Assembly (NCBI RefSeq): GCF_004010195.1
Contig: NC_057751.1
Location: 17,253,992-17,312,563, forward strand
DNA: 58,572 bases
DNA from: Chiloscyllium plagiosum
Lineage: Eukaryota
Reading direction: 5' to 3'
Each line of letters opens with the position of its first letter. The first letter of the stretch is position 1. Of the stretch, positions 1-10,983 are shown piece after piece. The position numbers and the translations under genes were made by a program. A model generated the notes under the pieces. The model ran no database searches, was not told the DNA's origin, and saw only the letters and a program-made list of their open reading frames with translations.

Positions 1-778
1 GCACTATGGGTAATTTAGCGTGGCCAATCCACCCTAACCTGCACATCACTGGGCACTATGGGTAATTTAGCGTGGCCAATCCACCCTAACCTGCACATCA
101 CTGAGCACTATGGGTAATTTAGTGTGGCCAATCCACCCTACCCTGCACATCCTTGAGCACTATGGGTCATTTTACCACGGCCAATCCACCCTAACCTGCA
201 CATCCCTGGGCACTATGGGTAATTTAGTATGGCCAATCCACCCTAACCTGCACATCACTGAGCACCATGTGTAATTTAGCATGGCCAATCCACCCTAACC
301 TGCACATCACTGAGCACTGTGGTTAATTTAGCATGGCCAATCCACCCTAACCTGCACATCCCTGAGCACTATGGGTAATTTAGTGTGTCCAATCCACCCT
401 AACCTGCACATCACTGAGCACTGTGGGTAATTTAGCATGGCCAATCCACCCTAACCTGCACATCCCTGAGCACTATGGGGTAATTTAGCATGGCCAATCC
501 ACACTAACCTACACATCCCTGAGCACTATGGGTAATTTAGCATGGCCAATCCACTCTAACCTACACATCCCTGAGCACTATGGGTAATTTCGCATGGCCA
601 ATCCACCCTAACGTGCACATCACTGAGCACTATGGGTAATTTAGCATGGCCAATCCACACTAACCTACACATCCCAGAGCACTATGGGTAATTTCGCAAG
701 GCCAATCCACCCTAACCTGCACATCACTGAGCACTATGGGTAATTTAGTGTGGCCAATCCACCCTAACCTCTACATCT
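1..778. repeat. 52-bp minisatellite (~15 copies) derived from an internal segment of an HE1/V-SINE on the - strand
   Basis: Unit gcactatgggtaatttagcatggccaatccaccctaacctgcacatccctga repeats with period 52 and runs directly into V-SINE core sequence (ctttggcctgtgggaggaaaccggagcacccggaggaaac, 777-817). Confidence 0.92.
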
Positions 779-980
779 TTGGCCTGTGGGAGGAAACCGG
801 AGCACCCGGAGGAAACGCCCCCTGCCGTGTTACGACGTGGGGTGGTGAACCCCTCTGCTCAGCCACTCCGAAAACGTTCACCTCCCGCCGTAGCTTGTGA
901 AATTCCGAATGCCGACGAGCTGTCCAGGATTTCACCAGTTCAAGTTAAAATGAACAACTTTGCTGGTTAAGATTTGAGCT

Positions 981-1058
981 GCGCGTGTGGTCAGCACTGT
1001 GGCCCCTCAGGGTTCGATCCCAGCCGCGGGTGACTGTCTGCGCGGAGTTTGCACGTGA
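981..1058 (+). mobile_element. tRNA-derived SINE 5' head fragment (HE1/V-SINE-like)
   Basis: gtggtcagcactg...gggttcgatccc (box A/box B-like) followed by tgactgtctgcgcggagtttgcacgt. Confidence 0.7.
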
Positions 1059-1291
1059 TAATATTAAAATGGCTTACAAGTCTTTTCGCTTAAACCTATC
1101 TTTTACCTCCCACTCGACAATACTGGCCCGATTAAAAATCCCGACTGAGGTTTACAAAAGAAAAACAAATCACGTTTCACCATTGTCTTCTGTAACTTTT
1201 CCCCTTGTGGAGTTTTCTCTCGACGTTCTGCGACTCAAGCTTTTTTATACACAGGTACCTTTCAGAGAGTTCTGCAGCTACCAATCCATAC

Positions 1292-2195
1292 AGGCAAATG
1301 TGAGGTGACGCACTTAGGCAAGACTAATTCTCGAGCAAATTATACAGTGAACGGAAGAGCCTTGGGAAAAGTTGATGGGCAGAGAGATCTGGGAGTGCAG
1401 GTCCATTGTACCCTGAAGGTGGCTGCACAGGTGGATAGAGTGGTCAAGAAGGCATATGGTATGCTTGTCTTCATCCGACGGGGCATTGAGTGTAAGAGCT
1501 GGAAGGTCACGTTAAAATTGTACAAGACATTGGTTCGGCCGCATACCGTGTACAGTTCTGGTCGCCACATTACCAAAAGGATGTGGACGCTTTGGAGAGG
1601 GTGCAGGGGAGGTTCACCAGGATGCTGCCCGGTATGGAAGGTGCTCGCTATGAAGAGAAGCTGAGTAGGTTAAGATTATTTTCATTCGAAAAAAGGAGAT
1701 TGAGGGAGGGACCTGATTGAGGTTTACAAAGTCGAAAAAAGGAGATTGAGGGGGGACCTGATTGAGGTTTACAAAGTCATGAAGGGTATCGACAGGGTGG
1801 ATAGAGACTTGCTTTTTCCCCAGGGTGAAGGATTCAATAACGAGAGGTCATGCTCTCAAGGTGAGAGGTGGAAAGTTTAAGGGGGAATGCACGCGGCAAG
1901 TACTTTACTCAGAGGTTGGAGGGCGTTTGGAACGCGTTGCCAGCAGGGGTGGTAGAGGCAGGGGCGGTAGATTCAATGCACGCGGCAAGTACTTTACTCA
2001 GACGGTGGTGGGCGTTTGGAACGCGTTACCAGCAGGGGTGGTAGATTCATTCAAGATGTGTCTGGACAGATGCATGAGTAGGTGGGGAGCAGAGGGATAC
2101 AGATGCTTAGGAATTGGGCGATAGGTTTAGATAGTAGATTTGGATCGGCTCAGGCTGGGAGGGCCGAAGGGCCTGTTCCTGGGCTGTAAATTTTC
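1292..2195 (+). mobile_element. CR1/HER1 LINE, 5'-truncated (RT C-terminus plus 3' tail) with two internal tandem duplications
   Basis: Translation QRDLGVQVHCTLKVAAQVDRVVKKAYGML...LYKTLVRPH; tail gggccgaagggcctgttcctgggctgt; duplicated blocks near 1687-1778 and 1886-2045. Confidence 0.92.
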
Positions 2196-2796
2196 TTGAT
2201 CCAATGGAAGTCCCAATTAAATTTATGCCAACTTAGTTTTCAAAACCACACGGCAACTGGCATCTCTGAAGTCCTCCTTTCTCTGGTCAGAGATCTCCCT
2301 GGGTCATCTTTGGTCTTTCGTCGCAAAGATGTTTCACATGAAAAAAGTACCTTTGACAGAGTGTGTTCTGGACGGTAGTCTTTCTCTCTCTCTCTCTCTC
2401 TAGATGGCAGGTTGTTGCTGTCTCTCTCTCTCTCTCTCTCTGGCTAACTCTCAAAAATGCCACCTTATTTACACCCCAAACATTGGACTGTCTCATCTGT
2501 TCGATGTTGCCAAAACGGTTAAATTCGAACTGGATTGGATTTTTTAGTATCCTGGGGCATACTTTTAAATGGTTTGGTTATAACCGAATGGTGGTCAACG
2601 CCAATGAGGGATCTTCTTCACAGCCGAATGTTACATATCGTCAATTTTCCGGCGCACTCTGAGACTGCTACCCAATCGCACGGTAGGTGGCTACAAACTC
2701 TCAATGTCCAAACTGCCTTCACTCTCTCTCAAAGGCGCAGTACACGCCTTCAACGTCAAAGCAAAGCAGCAAACTAGGGGAGTTCATGCCTCACAA

Positions 2797-3938
2797 GCCT
2801 TACTGAATCTTTTCATGTGATGACAACACACATTGATGAAGGTAGAGCTGTGGATGAGGTGTATATGGACTTTGGCAAGGTTTCCCCACGGTAGGCTCAT
2901 TCAGATAGTAAGGAGGCAGGGGATACAGGCTGTCTGGGTAGAGGATTGGCTGGCCTATAGAAAACAGAGGGTGATGGTAGATGGTATTCGGCCTGGAGCT
3001 GGATGACCAGCGGTATTCCGCCGGGATCGGTTCTGGAACTTCCACACTTTGTGATTTTTATGAATGACTTGGATGAGGGTGGGTTAGTAAGTTTGCCGGT
3101 GACACGAAGGTTGGCGGATCGCGCCAAGGGCTGTTGGAGGCTACAACAAGACATTGACAGGAGGCAGAACTGGGCTGAGAAGTGGCAGATGGAGGTCAAC
3201 CTGGATAAACACCAAGTGATCCGTTTCAGGAGGTCAAATTCGCAAGGATTCTAGTGCAGTGTGGAGGAACAGAGGGAGCTTGGGGTCTGTAGATCCCTCA
3301 AAGTTGCCACCCGAGTTGATAGGGTTGTTCAGAAGGTGTACGATGTGTTGGCTTTCATGAGCAGGGGGATTGAGTTTAAGAGCCGCGAGGTTATGCTGCA
3401 GCTCAATAGAGCCCCTGGTTGGACCACACTTGGGATATTGTGTTCGGTTCTGGTCGCCTCATTACAGGGAGGATGTGGAAGCTTTAGAGAGGGTGCGGAG
3501 GGGAGATTTCCCGGGTTGCTGCCAGGATTGGAGGGCAGGTCTTATGAAGGAAGGTTGAGGGAGCTAGGGCTTTTTTCATTGGAGTGAAGAGGGATGAGAG
3601 GTGACTTGATAGAGGTGTACAAGATGAGGAGATAGAGTGAATAGTCAGAGAATTTTTCCCAGGACAGAAATAGCTATTACGAGGGGGGCATAATTTGAAC
3701 GTAATGAGAGAAAGGGTTTGGGGGAGATGTCAGAGGTCGGTTCTTTACACAGAGAGTGGTGGGAATGCACTGCCAGCGGTGGGAGTAGAGTCAGAGACAG
3801 TAGGGACATTTAAGTGACTCTTAGCTAGGCCCGTGGATGATAGTAAAATAAAAGGTGTGCAGATTAGTCTGATCTTGGAGTAGGATAAATGGTTGGCACA
3901 ACATAGAGGGCCGAAAGACTGAGCTGTACTGTTCTCTG
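2797..3938 (+). mobile_element. CR1 LINE 3' part, decayed
   Basis: SGIPPGSVL...FVIFMNDLD and LQQDIDR..NWAEKWQME RT motifs; CR1 3' tail. Confidence 0.9.
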
Positions 3939-3952
3939 AATCCGCCACTTAC

Positions 3953-4052
3953 CTGCGTCTTGACTACCAGACGGCAAAGGCTTCTCACTTCTACTAGGCC
4001 TCTGCAGCTCACTGGAGGTCACCTGACCTCCGAAGGGGAAATGGAGGGGAAC
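3953..4052 (-). CDS. Candidate internal coding exon (100 nt, phase 0 to 1) of an unidentified gene: VPLHFPFGGQVTSSELQRPSRSEKPLPSGSQDA
   Basis: - strand acceptor cccttgtctcatttctcttggtgcag| and consensus donor cag|gtaagt; only frame 0 is open; unique sequence between TEs. Confidence 0.5.
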
Positions 4053-4678
4053 CTGCACCAAGAGAAATGAGACAAGGGTCAGTTGTTTTCAACCTCTGAC
4101 CTCACGAGAGGTTTGTTTTTTTTTCCGGGCCTAAACAGGAAAGGCCTTAAGTTAAGTAAGGCTGACTGACAAAACAGCCACGCGACATTCCAACCCTGGG
4201 CACTGACACTTCCCTCGCTTATTCCTCCCTTCCCTCGAGTAGGCCCGTCCCAGTCAGCACAAAATGGCTGCCTGTGGGACCTCGGTTGACGTAAAAATGG
4301 CCGCAGTGGATCGGGACCTTCATGAGAAGATAATAAAAGCATTAAAAATAAAAAAAAAATCATACATCTTATTAAAGAGCAGCAAAGGATGTTAGGCCTC
4401 TACTCACACCAAGGTTGGGCAAGGGAACACTCAGCAGAGGCAGCGGTCGGAGTCCTGCCCTGATTAGCCTCCCCCGAACATGTCACATTGCATTCAATTC
4501 AAAACTCCACCCCCCCCCACCCCCGATTCGGCCGAGAGACGTGTGGGTGCGACCCACAAAGCCAGTGAGCTGCAGCAAAGGAGGACGTTGGTGGTTGTTT
4601 CCCGTGTTCAGCCACACACCGAACGTCTCGAGAGGACTGGGCATGATTTTTCAAATCCGTGCCCAGCTGGCTTCTCAC

Positions 4679-4738
4679 CTCTGGGTCACCTATTCGGGTC
4701 AAGAGACGGTCACCATGACGCGAGTAACCGATGCCAAC
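4679..4738 (-). CDS. Candidate internal coding exon (60 nt, phase 0 to 0): VGIGYSRHGDRLLTRIGDPE
   Basis: Acceptor cgtctctgtcccttggaag| and donor gag|gtgaga; only frame 0 is open, compatible with the exon at 3953-4052. Confidence 0.4.
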
Positions 4739-4777
4739 CTTCCAAGGGACAGAGACGTTCAGTGATGGTTAGAAAGG

Positions 4778-5183
4778 ATCTAACCATCGCCTCCTTGATG
4801 TTCAATGGTGTTACCATCACTGAATCCCCCCACTATCAACATCCTGGGGGTTACTGTCTCCAACAAGAGAGGATCTAACCATGGCTCCCTTGACGTTCAA
4901 TGGCATCACTGTCACTGAATTCCCCCCCCACTATCAACATCGCCCCCTTGACATTCAATGGTGTTACCATCACTGAAATACCCCACTATCAACATCCTGG
5001 GAGTTACCATCTCAAACAGGAGAGAGAATCTAACCATCGCCCTCTTGACATTTAATGGCGTCACCATCACAGAATCCAACCCCCATCTCCAACAAGAGAG
5101 AATCTAACCATCGCCCCCTTGATGTTCAATGGCGTTACCATCACTGAATCCCCCCATTATCAACATCCTGGGGGTTACCATTA
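4778..5183 (+). repeat. Degenerate tandem repeat (~5 partial copies, ~60-95 bp) of a LINE RT C-terminal fragment
   Basis: Recurrent atctaaccatcgcccccttgacattcaatggcgttaccatcactgaatcccccactatcaacatcctggggg (reads LMFNGVTITESP.INILGVTI). Confidence 0.8.
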
Positions 5184-5669
5184 TCAAAGACCTCTTCCTG
5201 CTCTGGTTTGGTCTTTTCCACCCTCTTCCATCAGGCAGTTTGAAAACACATACTCTCCCTCTCTCTCTGCACCGTCTTGGATTCCCCACACTGTTCTGCT
5301 ACCCTCCCGACGCAGTTTGGACAGGAGTGTCTGGTTGGACAACACACAAAACCAGCGCATGTCACCGTCTCTCGGTCCACGTGGTCAGCCGCTCCGTTGG
5401 CCTGGTAAATTCAGAGTTGCCTGCCCTGAGGGGGAGGGGAGGGTTTCTGCGCTTTTGACGAGAGCGGGGTGAAAGGCCGGGAATCCTGCAGCGGGTAACT
5501 CCCCCCAAAGCCGTCAAGCGCGGGGATAGATCACTCCAGAGATCGGAAACTTCAAAAGTGCATCGAGAGCCCATTAAAAAGCCGACCAACCACAGGAGCG
5601 CCATCACAGATCGAGCCGTTTCCTCGAATCCCGTTCATCTCTTTTTCATTTTGACTGAATTCTAAAAAA

Positions 5670-5958
5670 AGAGACCTTGGAGTGCAGGTTCATCGCTCCT
5701 GGAAAGTGGAGTCGCAGGTAGATAGGATAGTGAAGGCAGCGTTTGGTATGCTTTCCTTTATTGGTCAGAGTATTGAGTACAGGAGTTGGGAGGTCATGTT
5801 GCAGCTGTACAGGACATTGGTTAGGCCACTGTTGGAATATTGCGTGGAATTCTGGTCTCCTTCCTATCGGAAAGATGTTGTGAAAGGGTTCAGAAGGATG
5901 TTGGAGGGTTTGGGCTACAGGGAGAGACTGAACAGGCTGGGGCTGTTTTCCCTGGAGT
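5670..5958 (+). mobile_element. CR1 LINE fragment
   Basis: QVHRSWKVESQVDRIVKAAFGMLSFIGQSIEYRSWEVMLQLYRTLVRPLLEYCVEFWSP. Confidence 0.9.
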
Positions 5959-5976
5959 ATCAGGATGCTGATCAGG

Positions 5977-6497
5977 ACAATCACATCCTCCTGTCCAATC
6001 ACATCCCCTTGGGACAGGGGGATGTGATTGGACAGGGGGATGTGATTGGACAGGGGGATGTGATTGGACAGGGGGATGTGATTGGACAGGGGGATGTGAT
6101 TGGACAGGTCCCCCTGATTGGTCAGGGGGATGTGACTGGACAGGGGGATGTGACTGGACAGGAGGATGTGATTGGACATGGGGATGTGACTGGACAGGGG
6201 GATGTGATTGGACAGGGGGATGTGATTGGTCAGGATTGGTCATCCCCCTGATTGGACAGGAGGATGTGACTGGACAGGGGGATGTGATTGGACAGGAGGA
6301 TGTGATTGGACATGGGGATGTGACTGGACAGGGGGATGTGATTGGACAGGAGGATGTGATTGGACAGGAGGATGTGATTGGACAGGAGGATGTGATTGGA
6401 CAGGAGGATGTGATTGGACAGGAGGATGTGATTGGACAGGAGGATGTGATTGGACAGGAGGATGTGACAAGGGGACGTGATTGGACAGGGGGATGTG
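5977..6497. repeat. 18-bp minisatellite (ggacagg(g/a)ggatgtgatt)n with inverted units and short hairpin junctions
   Basis: About 25 direct copies; reverse-complement units at 5978-6008; ccccctgattggtcaggggg near 6110-6129. Confidence 0.95.
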
Positions 6498-8096
6498 TTG
6501 TACAGCTCTATAACGGGGGGGGGAAGCTGTTTCCCAGCAGGAGCTAAGGGCAAAGGTCGTGGGGGATCGGACATGCTCCGAATGCTGGGCCGAGAGAGAA
6601 AGAAAGTGGGGGAGAAGGTGAAGATCTCCGCCTTTGGAGGGAGAACGGAAGACGTTAGAGGGTTACCACGATTTTGTGGGGGGGGGGGGGGAAGACTGCA
6701 GAAAGGAGCAATGCGGAGGAGGGGAGTCACGCGCCGGGTCACCAGGGAATCGGGAATGGCTTAATAAGGAACACCGGGCTCTGATGTCATGGGCCTTTTT
6801 GGTGGAGGAGGGAGACTGCGCGGGAGCACCCCTGGGTGTTTCGGACTCCACCCCACCCCCCCCCACAACCCTCTTTAAATGGGAAGCCCACCTGACTGGA
6901 CGCGCCGTGGAGACAATACGGAAGTAGACGCAGGAAAGAGCCGAATCTCGGGCAACCCCGGGCCAACAAAAGCGTCCCCAGACGCTGGAATTCTGAACGG
7001 GGGGGGGGCAGGAGCGATCAAGGAGAGTTGGAACGCCTGCTCTGTCTCGACAGTCGATGAAGGGAGAGGAGGTGGAGGGTCAAAGATTGGGTCACCGAAC
7101 AGAGGGACGTCAGTCGAAACATCGGGCACGAAAACAGATCGTCCCGTCCACCAAATATCCCAAACTAATGGAAAACATTCCGCTTGGAGGTCAGTGACCA
7201 GTGATGTCCCGCAGGGATTCTGTCCTGGGAGCTCTGCTCTTTGTAGTTTTTATAAACCACTTGGATGAGGAAGTAGAAGGGTGGGTTAGTCCGTCTGACG
7301 ATGGCGCGAAGGTCGGTGGTGTTATAGATCGCGTCAAGGGCTGTTGGAAGCTACAACAAGACATTGACGGGATGCAGAGCTGGGCTGGGAAGTGGCAGAT
7401 GGAGTTCAATCTGGATAAAGGCAAAGCGATTCCCTTCGGAAGGTCGGATTTGAATGCTGGATACCGGGTTCAAGGCAGGATTCTTGGACAGTGTGGAGGA
7501 ACAGGCGGAGCTTGGGGTCTGTAGATCCCTCAAAGTTACCACCCGAGTTGATAGGGTTGTTCAGAAGGCGTACGGTGTGTTGGCTTTCATTAGCAGGGGG
7601 ATTGAGTTTAAGAGCCGCGAGGTTATGCTGCAGCTCGATAGAGCCCCTGGTTGGACCACACTCGGGATATTGTGTTCGGTTCTGGTCGCCTCATTACAGG
7701 GAGGATGTGGAAGCTTTAGAGAGGGTGCGGAGGGGAGATTTCCCAGGATGGTGCCGGGACTGGAGGGCAGGTCTTAGGAAGGAAGGTTGAGGGAGCTAGG
7801 ACTTTTCTCATTGGAGTGAAGAGGGATGAGACGTGGACAAGATGGTGAGAGACACAGACAGAGTGGATAGCCAGAGACCTTTCTCCAATGGCTATCACGG
7901 TGGGGGCATAGTTTGAAGGTGATTGGAGGAAGGTTTCGGGGGAGATGTCAGAGGTCGGTTCTTTAGACAGAGAATGGTGGGAACGCACTGCCAGCGGGGG
8001 GAGTAGAGTCAGAGACATCAGGGACATTTAAGCGACTCTTGGATAGGCCCGTGGACGGCAGTAAGTTGAGGGGCATGTGCAGGTTAGGTTGGTCTT

Positions 8097-8291
8097 AGTT
8101 AAAAATCACACAACACCAGGTTATAGTCCAACAGGTTTAATTGGAAGCACACTATCTTTCGGAGCGACGCTCCTTCATCAGGTGGTAGTGAAGGAACGAC
8201 ACTCTCCGAAAGCTAGTGACTATAACCTGGCGTTGTGTGATTTTTAACTTTATACACCCCAGTCCAACACCGGCATCTCTAAATTATAAAA
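8097..8291. mobile_element. Palindromic Penelope-derived non-autonomous element with a hammerhead-core motif
   Basis: 32-bp inverted arms 8097-8128 and 8218-8249 (1 mismatch); TSD-like gttggtcttag (8088-8098) / gttgatcttag (8292-8302). Confidence 0.75.
8150..8190 (-). ncRNA. Hammerhead ribozyme core motif (minimal, PLE type); stems I and III not evident
   Basis: - strand of 8156-8182 reads cCUGAUGA-aGGAGCgucGCUCC-GAAAg: both conserved boxes around a 5-bp stem II. Confidence 0.55.
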
Positions 8292-8389
8292 GTTGATCTT
8301 AGGTTGAGATAAATGTGAGGCCCAACACCATAGGCTACAGGGCCTGTGCTGTGCCGCACTGTTCTATGACCTATGCTGTATTCTCGCCT

Positions 8390-8690
8390 CGTATCCCTCC
8401 AAACCCTTCCTAACCACGTTTTCCCCCCCGCCCATCCAGATGCCTTTCCAAATGGCGTCATTGTACCAGCCTCCACCACTTCCTCTGGCAGCTCGTTCCA
8501 CACACGCACCACCCTCTGTGTGAAAACGTTGCCCCTCTCACCTCCAAACCTGTGCCCCTCGAGTTCTGGACCCCAGCCGGCGCCCCGTTCCCTCCCCCCG
8601 AACCTGGGGGAAGAAACCTTGTCTATCTGCCCTCTCCATGATTTTCTAAAAGGCCCATTTCCCGGCTGCCACAGCCTCCAGAGAGAACAA
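8390..8690 (-). mobile_element. CR1 LINE 3' fragment
   Basis: - strand RVWNELPEEVVEAGTMTPF. Confidence 0.8.
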
Positions 8691-8699
8691 GCCTCGACC

Positions 8700-9203
8700 T
8701 CCTTTTCACAACCCCCCTGTGGTTTAAGAAGGGGCTGGTCGTGCCCTCTCTCCCGACCCCAGACCTTTTCAAACCTTCACCCGTTTCCTCCCAACGACTC
8801 AGAACTCAACTCTCTGAGCGCTCTCGGTGCGTCACACCAGACCCCGGGTCCACCTGCATTTATCCTTCCGATAAAGGGGGAGGCTGGCTGTGGTGTTTTA
8901 TTTTGGTTGAACCGCGAGGCGGTTTGATCGCCTCACTCACGCTCCCTTTGCTCTCCGCCTCACCCTGACCGCGCGTGCTCGAAAACGCAGCGCGAAGCCA
9001 GGCCAAGTGCCCAGGGGCTGCGGGGGGTGGGGTAGGGAGGGGTGAAACCAAAGCAGCTTTCAGAGGATTGCAAACGGTTCGGAAAAGGAAACGCGGCACA
9101 ACAGAAAACCCAGAAACGCAAGACGTGAGGCAGGCGGGATCCACCGGAGACCTGAATGGCTCAGAGAAACTCAGCAGGTTCTGTGGAGAGCGCGAGCGAG
9201 GGG

Positions 9204-9234
<31 letters not shown>

Positions 9235-9430
9235 CGCTAATGTCTTCTGTCTCTTGTCAAACCGTCCTCACTTTCTGGTTGTGATGGCATCACCTCGATA
9301 AGGGGCTATCTCCCAACCTGCATTAGTTTTGGATTATGTACTGCACACACAAACACACACACACACACACACTCACTCTCTCTCTCTCCCACACACTCAC
9401 TCTCTCTCTCTCTCTCTCTCTCTCTCAATC
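8700..9430 (-). promoter_or_regulatory. CpG-rich candidate promoter / first exon, flanked by (GA)n, (CA)n and (CT)n tracts
   Basis: High CpG density, non-TE sequence; - strand donor gagc|gtgagt at 8941/8940, upstream of the candidate exons. Confidence 0.3.
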
Positions 9431-10097
9431 ACAGCACTTCGCAGCTCTAAATTCCACTCTGCATATCCTGTAGCATTGCCATTTCGTTTGACTTTGGTTT
9501 TTCTGTTGGTGATTTAATTGCCTCAACTCAAGAGGTTTGGGCATTCACTCTGCTTACCTCTTTACGTTTGCTCAAAAAACCCCATCTTTCATCATGTCAT
9601 AACAGTCTGCATTAACTTAATTTCAAAGTTAAATGACTTTTGATAAGACATTTTTCCTCAATATAATGNNNNNNNNNNNNNNNNNNNNNNNNNNNNNNNN
9701 NNNNNNNNNNNNNNNNNNNNNNNNNNNNNNNNNNNNNNNNNNNNNNNNNNNNNNNNNNNNNNNNNNNNNNNNNNNNNNNNNNNNNNNNNNNNNNNNNNNN
9801 NNNNNNNNNNNNNNNNNNNNNNNNNNNNNNNNNNNNNNNNNNNNNNNNNNNNNNNNNNNNNNNNNNNNNNNNNNNNNNNNNNNNNNNNNNNNNNNNNNNN
9901 NNNNNNNNNNNNNNNNNNNNNNNNNNNNNNNNNNNNNNNNNNNNNNNNNNNNNNNNNNNNNNNNNNNNNNNNNNNNNNNNNNNNNNNNNNNNNNNNNNNN
10001 NNNNNNNNNNNNNNNNNNNNNNNNNNNNNNNNNNNNNNNNNNNNNNNNNNNNNNNNNNNNNNNNNNNNNNNNNNNNNNNNNNNNNNNNNNNNNNNNN

Positions 10098-10958
10098 TGG
10101 AAGTTTGACCACAGAGCCATCCGTCCTAGTCTTAATGACGGTGATGTTCTCCGCAGGCCGCTCTGAACAATCATTTTGCATGCAATCTTGACTGAAGACC
10201 ATTCTTAACACACTATTTAACTGCATTCGTCCCTGCACGCCACATTTCGCAGTCTGCATCACTGATTTGCTCACTCATCCCAGACTGATTCACTGCCATG
10301 TCGAACTCAGCCACCATCTTCTTCGACTGTCTCTGCGATACTCATGCCGGAAAACGTTCTTGGCCTGCTCCACTGAGATACTAACTTCAAGGCACTTCTC
10401 ACTCGTGATTTTCCACGAGTTGCTCACTGTAGGTCACTCTTTACAAACTGCTTCATTGTGACACCCCTGGCACCGATTCTTCTCAAACTGCATCACTATG
10501 ATGCTATTGACAGGCCAATCTCCCGCAGTACCTAGTTGAATCCAGGCCACCGTTTGCAGACTAATTTAAGTTGTCGTACACTGCAGGCCACTTTTCCTCG
10601 TCTGATTCATTATGTTGCTCACAGTTGGCTACCATTTACCGACAATTACCCTGTGACGATAACTGCAGGCCACATCTCACACACTGTTGCACTGCAGTGC
10701 TGACTTCAGGTTATTCTTCTTGGGCTGAATTACCAACATGCATTCTTGAACCAAATCGCACTCGCAGGATTGACTGCAAAACTTACAACCAGATATTGAT
10801 CCCACTTTGTTGTTCTATAATTCTAAGTGTAGCCCATTCTTCCAGGACTAATTCACTTTCTTACGTGTATTATGTGTTTCTTGCCCAATTGCTTAATTGC
10901 GATGCCCAGGGCAGGGAAAATTTCCAGACACCTTCTCTGCTAACTTTAAGTCACTCTT
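10098..10958. repeat. Degenerate ~40-bp satellite block, paralogous to 45362-46234
   Basis: 10098-10271 is identical to 45362-45535, then the blocks stay colinear but diverge; unit like tgactgcagaccactcttcccagactgtttcactgtgatgc. Confidence 0.85.
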
Positions 10959-10983
10959 TAAGCATGTAGACACTCAAAGAAAA

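Larger units (their letters stand above)
828..2795. mobile_element. Possible solo-LTR-like element interrupted by a SINE head (~981-1058) and a CR1 (1292-2195)
   Basis: Starts TGTTAC and ends CCTCACA, with LTR-like composition; no convincing TSD found. Confidence 0.3.
7165..8375 (+). mobile_element. CR1 LINE 3' part, interrupted near its tail by a Penelope-derived palindrome
   Basis: LLFVVFINHLDEEVEGWVS..DDGAKVGG..LQQDIDGMQSWAGKWQMEFN; tail gggcctgtgctgtgccgcactgttctatgacctatg. Confidence 0.9.

Noticed and set aside
1..778. CRISPR-like regular array
   Set aside because: Units are contiguous with no unique spacers, SINE-derived, in a eukaryotic context with no cas genes.
981..1030. tRNA gene
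   Set aside because: A/B-box-like motifs belong to a SINE head; no cloverleaf.
4260..4305. Two YY1-like AAAATGGC motifs and TGACGTAA as a promoter
   Set aside because: Short motifs lying between two candidate internal exons; insufficient support.
4408..4569. Additional - strand exon with donor ggt|gtgagt
   Set aside because: Weak exon end, internal homopolymer tract and no convincing coding signal.
5646..6742. Long ORFs with GQGDVI / VQSHPP / WTGGCD / SNHIPL repeats
   Set aside because: Read-through of an 18-bp minisatellite fused to a CR1 fragment.
9612..10274. ORFs containing long X runs (also 28826-29939 and 49455-50171)
   Set aside because: Artefacts of N gaps.
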